64,000 nt of DNA from NCBI GenBank assembly GCA_041180285.1, contig JBEGRV010000002.1:2813-66812 (forward strand), read 5' to 3'. Within the stretch, counting starts at the first letter, position 1. The number at the start of each line of letters is the position of its first letter. A model generated the notes under the pieces. The model made no database searches. It was not told the origin of the DNA and was given only the letters and a program-made list of their open reading frames with translations. The stretch is from Actinomycetota bacterium (lineage in GTDB: Bacteria; Actinomycetota; Actinomycetes; Actinomycetales; Microbacteriaceae). The position numbers and the translations under genes are program-made. Positions 56,817-64,000 of this stretch are shown here, piece after piece.

Positions 56817-57086
56817 TCAATCCACCAATTCCTCTAGGGCTCTTCTGAATCTATCCGGGTCAATTCGCCAAAAATTGTGAACCCGTCCGTTTATTTTTAG
56901 CACCGGAATTTCATCCATGTGCGCTGCGGCAAGCTCAACATCATCAAGAATGCTTAGCTCAGTCAGCACAACGAAACTGTTCGGGTAATCAGCCCGGAAA
57001 CCATTCAAAACGCTGGTGATCACATCGCGGGCATCATCGCAAAGATGACAACCTGGTTTACCAATCAGAGTTAGTTCGATGTTCAC
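56817..57086 (-). CDS. Glutaredoxin-like protein (DUF836)
   Basis: GKPGCHLCDDA, EIPV, WRID. Confidence 0.88.
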   Translation of the reverse strand: MNIELTLIGKPGCHLCDDARDVITSVLNGFRADYPNSFVVLTELSILDDVELAAAHMDEIPVLKINGRVHNFWRIDPDRFRRALEELVD

Positions 57087-57142
57087 ATTTTTAGCCTAGA
57101 GCCTGCGCCAGTGCAGCGGCTAGCGACAACTAAACTTGTTCC

Positions 57143-57922
57143 GTGCCGAAGACCCCCCAACTTCCAGTCGCCACCTCTGCCAAAGAGGTAAATAAGGCTG
57201 CTGTGGCCGCCGCGAAACTTGGGGTCAGCGAAAAGCCGAAAAAAATTGAAGCGGCTTTTTTTGATGTGGATAACACGCTCATTCGAGGAAGCAGCAGTTT
57301 TCTATTTGGTAAGGCTGCCTACGACAAAGGGTTTTTCTCGCGAAAAGAACTGTGGCGTTTTGCCTGGCACCAATTCAGATTCATCTGGCGCGGAGAATCA
57401 GCCAAGACACTTACCCAAATCAAGGATCGTGCACTCGACCTAATTGCTGGCCACCGTGTTGAAGAATTCACGGCGCTTACTGAGTTGGCCTACGACGACT
57501 ACATCACCCCGAAGCTTTGGCCTGAAACAGTGAGATTGGCAAAGGCTCATATCGCCGCTGGTCGTGAAGTTTGGTTGGTAACTGCAACACCCACTGAAAT
57601 TGCCGAGATTATGGCTCACAAACTTGGCCTTACCGGTGGCCTCGGCACCACGGTTGGGCGAAAAAACGGGATTATCACCGGCAAGCTGACCGGCAAAGCG
57701 CTGCACGGTAAAGCCAAAGCTAAAGCTGTGAGGCAGCTAGCCAAAGATCGAAACATCAGCCTCAGACGTTCATATGCTTACAGCGACAGCCACAATGACC
57801 TGCCGATGCTCAGCAAGGTTGGCCACCCGATTGCGGTAAACCCGGACAAAATCTTGACGGCACACGCCAAAGCGGCCGGCTGGAAGATTCTTGATTTCAA
57901 AAAGCGCGATCTCAAGCGCTAA
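57143..57922 (+). CDS. HAD-IB family hydrolase (SerB-like)
   Basis: AFFDVDNTL, VTA, HG..KA, AYSDSHNDLPML..VG.P.AVNPD. Confidence 0.9.
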   Translation: MPKTPQLPVATSAKEVNKAAVAAAKLGVSEKPKKIEAAFFDVDNTLIRGSSSFLFGKAAYDKGFFSRKELWRFAWHQFRFIWRGESAKTLTQIKDRALDLIAGHRVEEFTALTELAYDDYITPKLWPETVRLAKAHIAAGREVWLVTATPTEIAEIMAHKLGLTGGLGTTVGRKNGIITGKLTGKALHGKAKAKAVRQLAKDRNISLRRSYAYSDSHNDLPMLSKVGHPIAVNPDKILTAHAKAAGWKILDFKKRDLKR

Positions 57923-57953
57923 TTTTTCGTTACGACGACAGTCATTCAGCCAT

Positions 57954-57986
57954 AAAAAAACTCCCGCCGAATTGACGGGAGTTTTT
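57954..57986. terminator. Bidirectional intrinsic terminator
   Basis: AAAAAAACTCCCG-CCGAATTGA-CGGGAGTTTTT between convergent genes. Confidence 0.8.
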
Positions 57987-57992
57987 GAAGTC

Positions 57993-58091
57993 TTACTTCT
58001 TATTGCGACGCTGGTGGCGAGTCTTGCGAAGCAACTTACGGTGCTTCTTCTTCGACATACGCTTGCGGCGCTTCTTAATTACTGAACCCAC
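57993..58091 (-). CDS. 30S ribosomal protein bS22 (AURKAIP1/COX24 domain), 32 aa
   Basis: Hand translation [32 protein letters not shown]; GAGG RBS, GTG start. Confidence 0.95.
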   Translation of the reverse strand: MGSVIKKRRKRMSKKKHRKLLRKTRHQRRNKK

Positions 58092-58179
58092 AAAAACCTC
58101 ACAGAAATTGGTGCTGCCGGTCAGATAGACCAGCAAAACGATTTCCCTATTCTAGCGGGTTTGCGAATACGCTTCTACC

Positions 58180-58698
58180 GTGACCGAACTACAGCCATAC
58201 GAGCTAGTTACCAAGGCAGCCGAATTTGAAATTCGCCGATACCCCAGCTGCCAACTGATTGAAATCGAAGCCGAAGGCGATTTCACCACATCGACTTGGA
58301 ATGGCTTTAGGCCGTTGGCATCCTTCATTTTTGGTGGGAATGCTCGCTCCCAAGAGATCGCAATGACCGCGCCAGTTTTGCAGTTTGAGCAAACCAATAG
58401 CTATCGCATCAGTTTTGTTCTGCCCACAGGAATGAGCCAAGCTGACGTTCCTGCGCCAAACGACGCCAGAATCACCACCCGAACTTGGCCTGAACACCTC
58501 GCCGCCGCTAGAAGATTTGGCGGGGCCTGGAGTGAAGAAAAATTTCGGGGAGAGGGAGAAATTCTGATTAACGCTTTGAAAAATGCCGGTCACGAAACCC
58601 GGGGGCAAATATACTGGGCGAGATTTGATGGCCCCTGGAAACCCTGGTTCCTCAAACACAATGAAGTGCAAATCGAGATTGGAACACTAAAACAATGA
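58180..58698 (+). CDS. SOUL-family heme-binding protein
   Basis: PYE, FEIRRY, GFR.LA.FIFG.N, IAMTAPV, F.LP, P.P.D, F.GPW..W..HNEV. Confidence 0.88.
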   Translation: MTELQPYELVTKAAEFEIRRYPSCQLIEIEAEGDFTTSTWNGFRPLASFIFGGNARSQEIAMTAPVLQFEQTNSYRISFVLPTGMSQADVPAPNDARITTRTWPEHLAAARRFGGAWSEEKFRGEGEILINALKNAGHETRGQIYWARFDGPWKPWFLKHNEVQIEIGTLKQ

Positions 58699-59336
58699 AT
58701 GCAACCTTCAAAAAATCGTTTGCCGAATTTCTCGGCACCGCAGTTTTTCTGACTGCAATTGCCGGTTCAGTTTCTTCGGGATCACCGCTAAAGCAGCTGT
58801 CGCTTGCACTTACCCTGGGCCTCATGATTCTGCTTCTGGGCGGCGTTAGCGGCGCTCACTTCAACCCGGTGGTTTCCCTCTACTTCTACTCACGCAAAGA
58901 AATTTCACTAAGAGAACTCCTCAGCTACATCGGCTCACAGCTGCTGGGTGCTCTCGCCGGTGCAGCACTAGGTCTAGCACTATGGGGTAACACAATCACC
59001 GCTATTTCGAACACCAACGTCGCAAGCGCTCCCCTGGTTATCGGCGAAGTTGTTGCAACCGCTGGCTTGGTGCTGCTAATCGGCCACCTAGCCTCAAACA
59101 AGCAGGCTCACCTGATTTGGGTTGCAGTTGCTGCCTGGGTTTTTGCCGCCGGCACATTCACCGGCACTGGCGCACAGGCAAACCCAGCGGTTAGCTTCGG
59201 TTTGCTCTTCACCGGCGCAGGCATCGGCACCATCAGCACTTTCGTGCTGGCTCAGGTTGTCGGCCTAGCCCTAGCCATCGGTCTTCAGATGGTGCTTGGA
59301 GCAAAAGTTAAGAAAGCTGCAAAAGCTAAAAAATAA
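58695..59336 (+). CDS. MIP/aquaporin-family channel
   Basis: AEFLGT, SGAHFNPVV, GEVVAT, ANPAVS. Confidence 0.9.
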   Translation: MNATFKKSFAEFLGTAVFLTAIAGSVSSGSPLKQLSLALTLGLMILLLGGVSGAHFNPVVSLYFYSRKEISLRELLSYIGSQLLGALAGAALGLALWGNTITAISNTNVASAPLVIGEVVATAGLVLLIGHLASNKQAHLIWVAVAAWVFAAGTFTGTGAQANPAVSFGLLFTGAGIGTISTFVLAQVVGLALAIGLQMVLGAKVKKAAKAKK

Positions 59337-59350
59337 CTTAGAAATCAACG

Positions 59351-59387
59351 AGGGGGTCGGAATAAGTTTCCGGCCCCCTTTGTTTTT
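59351..59387 (+). terminator. Intrinsic terminator
   Basis: AGGGGGTCGGAA-TAAGT-TTCCGGCCCCCT-TTGTTTTT. Confidence 0.8.
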
Positions 59388-59427
59388 ATTCGAAAATAGA
59401 CCGCCAATTTTCTAAAAATGAGGCCCC

Positions 59428-60081
59428 ATGCCAAGCGCTACTAAAAACGTTCCTGCCCCAAAGCAAGAGCGCGCCAAAGACACCGTAGCCTCGGTAATTC
59501 ACGAGGCTAATCAGGCCATAAAAACCGGCGGCGAGGCCGCGGTGCGCATCCAAGAAATTTCAGCGGCGGCGAAAGTTTCTATCGGATCGATCTATCACCA
59601 CTTCGGAGATCGAGATGGTCTGATTCGCGCAACCTACGTGCACAATTTTGCTAGCGCAGTTCGAGACGACATCAATCGCGTCAAGAAATTCATGAGCAAG
59701 ATGCACAGCACCCAAGAAATAGCGGCTCACTATGACGAGATGTTTGTTTTTCTCACCAATCACTTCACTCGTTTGCCCGCGGCAGAGCGAGCCTGCATAA
59801 TCGGAAACACTACCGGCCGCCCGTTACTGCGCCAGGCACTTGCAGAAGTGCAAAATGAACTCACCAATGGTCTGACCGAGGTTATGGAAATTCTGCGCGA
59901 CCGCAAAATGCTGAAGCCTCACCTAAGCCCCCGAGCCGCCGCCGTAATGGTTCTGGGCATGCTGCACGGAAAAGTTGTGGCAGAGCTCGACACGGATCCA
60001 ATTGGCGAGCGAGAGTGGAACCAAGCGATGCTGAGTGCGTTCAGCGGCCTATTTGTTCTCGATAATCAGCTGAAAGTTTAG
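59428..60081 (+). CDS. TetR/AcrR-family regulator
   Basis: PKQERA..T, IQEISAAAKVSIGSIYHHFGDRDGL HTH. Confidence 0.9.
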   Translation: MPSATKNVPAPKQERAKDTVASVIHEANQAIKTGGEAAVRIQEISAAAKVSIGSIYHHFGDRDGLIRATYVHNFASAVRDDINRVKKFMSKMHSTQEIAAHYDEMFVFLTNHFTRLPAAERACIIGNTTGRPLLRQALAEVQNELTNGLTEVMEILRDRKMLKPHLSPRAAAVMVLGMLHGKVVAELDTDPIGEREWNQAMLSAFSGLFVLDNQLKV

Positions 60082-60908
60082 GCGCCAGCAGCAAGCTCGC
60101 GGGCGCGGGCTAAAGCGGCCTCGGTGGCCTCAATAAACATCTCACCCAAATCAGCCTGCTCCATGCGAGCTATGGCTCGTTCAGTAGTGCCGTTTGGGCT
60201 GGTTACCTGACGACGCAGTTCTTCAGGTGACTTTCCTGAGGCAATCAGCAACTCTGCCGCTCCGAGAACAGTTTCGTTGACCAACATCGCAGCCGACTCG
60301 TCATCAAAACCGTGATGTTTTGCCGCCGCCGTTAGCTGCTCGATTAGATAGAAAACATAGGCTGGGCCAGAACCAGAAATGGTGCTAAGCGCATCAATTT
60401 GGTCTTCATCGACAACTACTACTTTACCCACGGTCAGGAACAGGTCGATTGCGGTTTGCAGTTGTGCTTCGGTTGCCCGCTCACCTGGCGCAATGCCAGT
60501 GACCGCTCTAGAAACGATTGCGGGTGTGTTCGGCATTGATCGAATAACTGCAACCGAATCAGCCACAGCAGCTTCCATTGTGCTGTTTTTTACACCGGCT
60601 GCCACGCTGATAACTAAAGCGTCGTCTCTAAGCGCCGCCCTGACTTGGTTGAGAACTTCAATCACGTAGGCGGGTTTGACCGCAACCAAAACCACATCGG
60701 CATCGGCAACCGCGCGCAGATTTGCATCCGAGAATTCTTCGAGAGAGAAAGCCTGAATACCCAGTTGCGAAATCTGCGCCTCAGCGCTTGATTTGCTTTT
60801 CGTGCTAACGGCAACTCTGGCTGGATCAAAATCTGAAGCCAATAAACCGGCGAGGATGGCGCCACCCATTGATCCTGAGCCAAGAATGGCGATGCGGTTG
60901 ATATTCAC
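60078..60908 (-). CDS. proC: Pyrroline-5-carboxylate reductase
   Basis: GSGSMG, AVKP, SVAAG, MPNTP, SGSGPAY, VTSP.GTT. Confidence 0.96.
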   Translation of the reverse strand: MNINRIAILGSGSMGGAILAGLLASDFDPARVAVSTKSKSSAEAQISQLGIQAFSLEEFSDANLRAVADADVVLVAVKPAYVIEVLNQVRAALRDDALVISVAAGVKNSTMEAAVADSVAVIRSMPNTPAIVSRAVTGIAPGERATEAQLQTAIDLFLTVGKVVVVDEDQIDALSTISGSGPAYVFYLIEQLTAAAKHHGFDDESAAMLVNETVLGAAELLIASGKSPEELRRQVTSPNGTTERAIARMEQADLGEMFIEATEAALARARELAAGA

Positions 60909-60948
60909 AGGTTCAGTTTAGGTCGGACCAAGGCGGTAGTTTTGTTTT

Positions 60949-62280
60949 ATGGCATCTCCTAAAACAAATTTCGTCTGCTCTGAATGCGGATGGCAAACGG
61001 CGAAGTGGGTCGGTCGCTGTGGCGAGTGCCAAGCCTGGAGCACCATGGTTGAAACCGTTGCCGGAGCTCGCGGTCTGGGTGCTGCGAAACAAATCAAAGC
61101 GGTGGTGGTTGCCGGAAATAATTCAGCGAAACCGATCACCGATGTTTCGACTGAGAGCGTTACCGCCTGGCCCACCGGCGTAGCCGAATTTGACCGAGTA
61201 CTCGGCGGCGGCATTGTTCCGGGCGCAGTAATTCTGCTCTCGGGTGAACCCGGAGTCGGAAAGTCAACTTTGCTACTCGAGGTCGCTGCACACACAGCAA
61301 ACGCAGGAAAACGCGTGCTCTACGTCAGCGGCGAAGAGTCAGTCGGTCAAATAAAGCTTCGGGCTGAACGCACCGGTGCACTCAATCCGAATATTTACCT
61401 CGCATCAGAAAATGATCTTGCAACGGTGCTCGGGCAAATTGAAGCAATCGCACCCGAGCTATTGATCGTTGATTCAGTGCAAACCATCTCTGCGGCCGAA
61501 ATTGATGGCGCTGCGGGTATGCCATCACAAATTCGCGAGGTTGCAGCCAACCTAATTCGAGTTGCGAAAGAGCGTGACCTGCCGTTGGTTTTGGTTGGCC
61601 ACGTAACTAAAGATGGAAACATCGCGGGCCCGCGAGCTCTAGAGCATTTGGTCGACGTGGTTTGCCATTTCGAGGGCGATCGGCAAACTTCGCTTCGTTT
61701 CGTGCGCAGCATGAAAAACCGGTTTGGCCCGACCGACGAGGTCGGCTGTTTTGAAATGACCGGTGAGGGCATCGCTGAAGTTCCAGATCCATCCGGATTA
61801 TTCTTATCGCGAAGCGAAACGCCGGTATCCGGAACCTGTGTAACCGTAACCGTCGAGGGGCGAAGAGCGCTTATTGCCGAGGTACAGGCACTCGTGGTGA
61901 AGTCTTCTGCCCCGCAACCTCGTCGCGTCACAAACGGAGTCGATGCCTCTAGAGTCGCGATGCTGCTTGCTGTTCTAGAGCGACGAGCAGGTCTCAGGGT
62001 TGGCGAATTAGACGTTTACGTTTCGACAGTGGGCGGGGTAAAACTGACCGAACCTGCTGCCGATTTAGCAATCGCCATCGCCATAGCATCAGCGGTAAAC
62101 GACAAACCAATCGCGCACAACTTAGCCGCCTACGGTGAAATTTCACTGGCCGGAGAAATTCGCAAAGTAAGCAACGACAAGCTTCGAGCTAATGAGGCTA
62201 ATCGCCTCGGTTTTACGAGGTCGGTCGATAACAAAGTCGGCGACCTCAGAGCAGCACTGGCGCTTGCCCTCAACTGGTAA
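60949..62280 (+). CDS. radA: DNA repair protein RadA/Sms
   Basis: CSECG..W.G.C.EC zinc finger, GEPGVGKST, DSVQT, KNRFG, Lon-like C-terminus. Confidence 0.97.
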   Translation: MASPKTNFVCSECGWQTAKWVGRCGECQAWSTMVETVAGARGLGAAKQIKAVVVAGNNSAKPITDVSTESVTAWPTGVAEFDRVLGGGIVPGAVILLSGEPGVGKSTLLLEVAAHTANAGKRVLYVSGEESVGQIKLRAERTGALNPNIYLASENDLATVLGQIEAIAPELLIVDSVQTISAAEIDGAAGMPSQIREVAANLIRVAKERDLPLVLVGHVTKDGNIAGPRALEHLVDVVCHFEGDRQTSLRFVRSMKNRFGPTDEVGCFEMTGEGIAEVPDPSGLFLSRSETPVSGTCVTVTVEGRRALIAEVQALVVKSSAPQPRRVTNGVDASRVAMLLAVLERRAGLRVGELDVYVSTVGGVKLTEPAADLAIAIAIASAVNDKPIAHNLAAYGEISLAGEIRKVSNDKLRANEANRLGFTRSVDNKVGDLRAALALALNW

Positions 62281-62296
62281 AGGGTTGCCCGAGCTA

Positions 62297-62917
62297 CTAG
62301 TTCAATACGAACTGCAGGTCTTGCTGCGAAATTACGCCGTTGACTGTGGCTTTCAAGTGGTACGAAGCACCTTCACCGACGACAAGTTTCTGATCAGCAC
62401 CGCACCCGATAGTGTCTGGGCTAGTTGAAACGCGATACCAAATGCTCACCGGGCTGGTCAAACGGTCGCCAGCCTTGAGGCTAATTATGTTGTTACCGGC
62501 GCCGGTGCGATCACACTGGGCTGAATCCCAGATAACCTCTGATCCACTTGAAATTGTGAAATAAGTGACCGCAGCACCAACATCGAAGGTGCAGTCGACT
62601 GATCCGGTGTTGGTAATCGCGTAGCCTATGTATGGAAAGACGCCCGGCTCGAATGCGGTTTGCGGGCTGCCAGCTGAATTTGCAACCACCGGCTCGACTA
62701 CCACCGAACCTGGCGCGCAGGTCGAACCGGCAACCGGTGTAACACCATCGGCAGGGTCTGTTTGAGGGTTGAAAATGCTGCCAATCCAGGCGAAAACCGA
62801 TGAGAGCAACAGCCACAACAACCAGCCGGTAAGCGCCACAACTGCCAGCGCAATGATGCGACGACGACGATAAACAGCTTTTGAGGGGCGGCCACGGCCA
62901 TAACGGGAGTTGGTCAT
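62297..62917 (-). CDS. Conserved actinobacterial membrane-anchored protein (Rv3587c-like)
   Basis: VYRRRR + TM + Ig-like domain with 4 Cys; position convergent to radA. Confidence 0.65.
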   Translation of the reverse strand: MTNSRYGRGRPSKAVYRRRRIIALAVVALTGWLLWLLLSSVFAWIGSIFNPQTDPADGVTPVAGSTCAPGSVVVEPVVANSAGSPQTAFEPGVFPYIGYAITNTGSVDCTFDVGAAVTYFTISSGSEVIWDSAQCDRTGAGNNIISLKAGDRLTSPVSIWYRVSTSPDTIGCGADQKLVVGEGASYHLKATVNGVISQQDLQFVLN

Positions 62918-62941
62918 GCGTCAAGGCTAACCAACGATGAG

Positions 62942-63451
62942 CTACAGAACGCGGAGCATCCTCGTGTTGCCCAGCGTGTTTTGCTTCACTCTAGCCAAAT
63001 CAAGAAACTCTGCAACACCATCGTCGTTTGAGCGGACCATTTGAGCATAGGTCTCGGCATCAACCGGGACATCGGAAATTGGCTCGAAGCCAACCTTCGA
63101 GAAAAAATCGACCTCAAAGGTGAGACAGAAAACCCGTTTGATGTTGAGCGACTTTGCTCGTTCGATTAGTGCGTCAAGGATGGCGCGGCCAATTCCGGTG
63201 CCGCGAACGTGTTCGGCAACTACCATCGAACGCACCTCTGCTAGGTCTTCCCACATCACGTGCAGTGCACCCGCGCCAATAACGTTTCCGTTTGAGTCTT
63301 CAGCCACTAGAAATTCGGGCACCGATTCGTAAAGATCGACCAGCTCACGCCCAAGAAGAATTCGAGAGTCTTCAAGTGACGCGCGCATGGCATTTATGTC
63401 GCGAACGTCGGCAGTGGTTGCCGGGCGTACCCGAATGGTTGTTGAAGTCAT
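62942..63451 (-). CDS. argA: Amino-acid N-acetyltransferase (short ArgA, GNAT)
   Basis: GALHVMWEDLAEVRS, RG.G.G, FCLTFEVDFF, PNTLGNTRM-like tail. Confidence 0.85.
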   Translation of the reverse strand: MTSTTIRVRPATTADVRDINAMRASLEDSRILLGRELVDLYESVPEFLVAEDSNGNVIGAGALHVMWEDLAEVRSMVVAEHVRGTGIGRAILDALIERAKSLNIKRVFCLTFEVDFFSKVGFEPISDVPVDAETYAQMVRSNDDGVAEFLDLARVKQNTLGNTRMLRVL

Positions 63452-63454
63452 GAA

Positions 63455-64000
63455 CTAAACGGTAGCGGATTCACGCACGCGACTGGTGAAAATGAACTCG
63501 CCGTTCACAAAATCAACCTCAACGTGAGCGGTGTTCTTTAGCTCACCGTGCATGATCTTCTCAGAAAGTTTGTCTTCGATTTCACGCTGAACGGCACGAC
63601 GCAGTGGTCGAGCTCCCAGCGCGGGATCGAATCCGATTTCGATTAGGCGATCCTTTGCTGCCTGGCTTACCGCGATGGTCATATCGCGGTCTTCTAGGCG
63701 AACTGCAAGTCGCTTTACAAAAAGGTCGACAATCTGAACCAGCTCAGGCTTGGTTAGCTGTGGGAACACGATGGTCTCGTCAACGCGGTTCAAGAACTCT
63801 GGTTTGAAGCTCTTCTTGAGTTCTTCGTTGACCTTACCCTTCATGCGCTCGTAGTCGTTTTCACTTGATCCCTCGAGGGTGAAGCCCATTGCACCGCGAG
63901 CAATGTCGCGAGTACCGAGGTTGGTGGTCATGATGATGATGGTGTTCTTGAAATCGACAATTCGACCCTGGCCGTCGGTTAGACGACCCTCTTCAAGAAT
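63455..64000 (-). CDS. clpC: ATP-dependent Clp protease ATPase ClpC, 3' part
   Basis: LEEGRLTDGQGR.VDFKNTIIIMTTNLG, FKPEFLNRVD, LGARPLRR; starts beyond the window. Confidence 0.93.
   Translation of the reverse strand: MLEEGRLTDGQGRIVDFKNTIIIMTTNLGTRDIARGAMGFTLEGSSENDYERMKGKVNEELKKSFKPEFLNRVDETIVFPQLTKPELVQIVDLFVKRLAVRLEDRDMTIAVSQAAKDRLIEIGFDPALGARPLRRAVQREIEDKLSEKIMHGELKNTAHVEVDFVNGEFIFTSRVRESATV

Overview
Chromosomal window from a streamlined, moderate-GC (about 50-53% by eye) actinobacterium, most likely a freshwater Microbacteriaceae of the Rhodoluna/Aquiluna type. The assignment rests on gene order, the acidic NusG N-terminus, a short archaeal-type AspRS, bS22, very short intergenic spaces and TANNNT leaderless promoters. 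Core blocks: tRNA-Thr/tRNA-Met-hadAB-murB, tRNA-Trp-secE-nusG-rplK-rplA, a menaquinone cluster (menG,F,D,A,E,B,C, polyprenyl synthase, FprA), system II cytochrome c maturation, aspS, bS22, proC, radA and the 3' end of clpC. The 19 kb between tRNA-Thr and tRNA-Tyr is an accessory carbon-catabolism region with two GH13 genes, MMPL, GH3, esterases, an MFS pump and a LysR-centred cluster. The best candidate for an undescribed system is that LysR cluster (22.1-29.9 kb). An identical 15-bp promoter core on both sides of lysR links a CoA-transferase A/B + Mycobacterium-type muconate cycloisomerase operon to a VOC + cyclase + SDR + SDR + beta-propeller operon, and catA, catC, pcaD and pcaF are absent from the cluster. 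Other points of interest are a stand-alone TM0106-type Fe-S nuclease/exonuclease/SF1-helicase fusion, pervasive leaderless and bidirectional promoters, and an unannotated 50-aa cationic ORF. I found no CRISPR array, integrase or transposase. All product calls come from motif recognition, not database searches.
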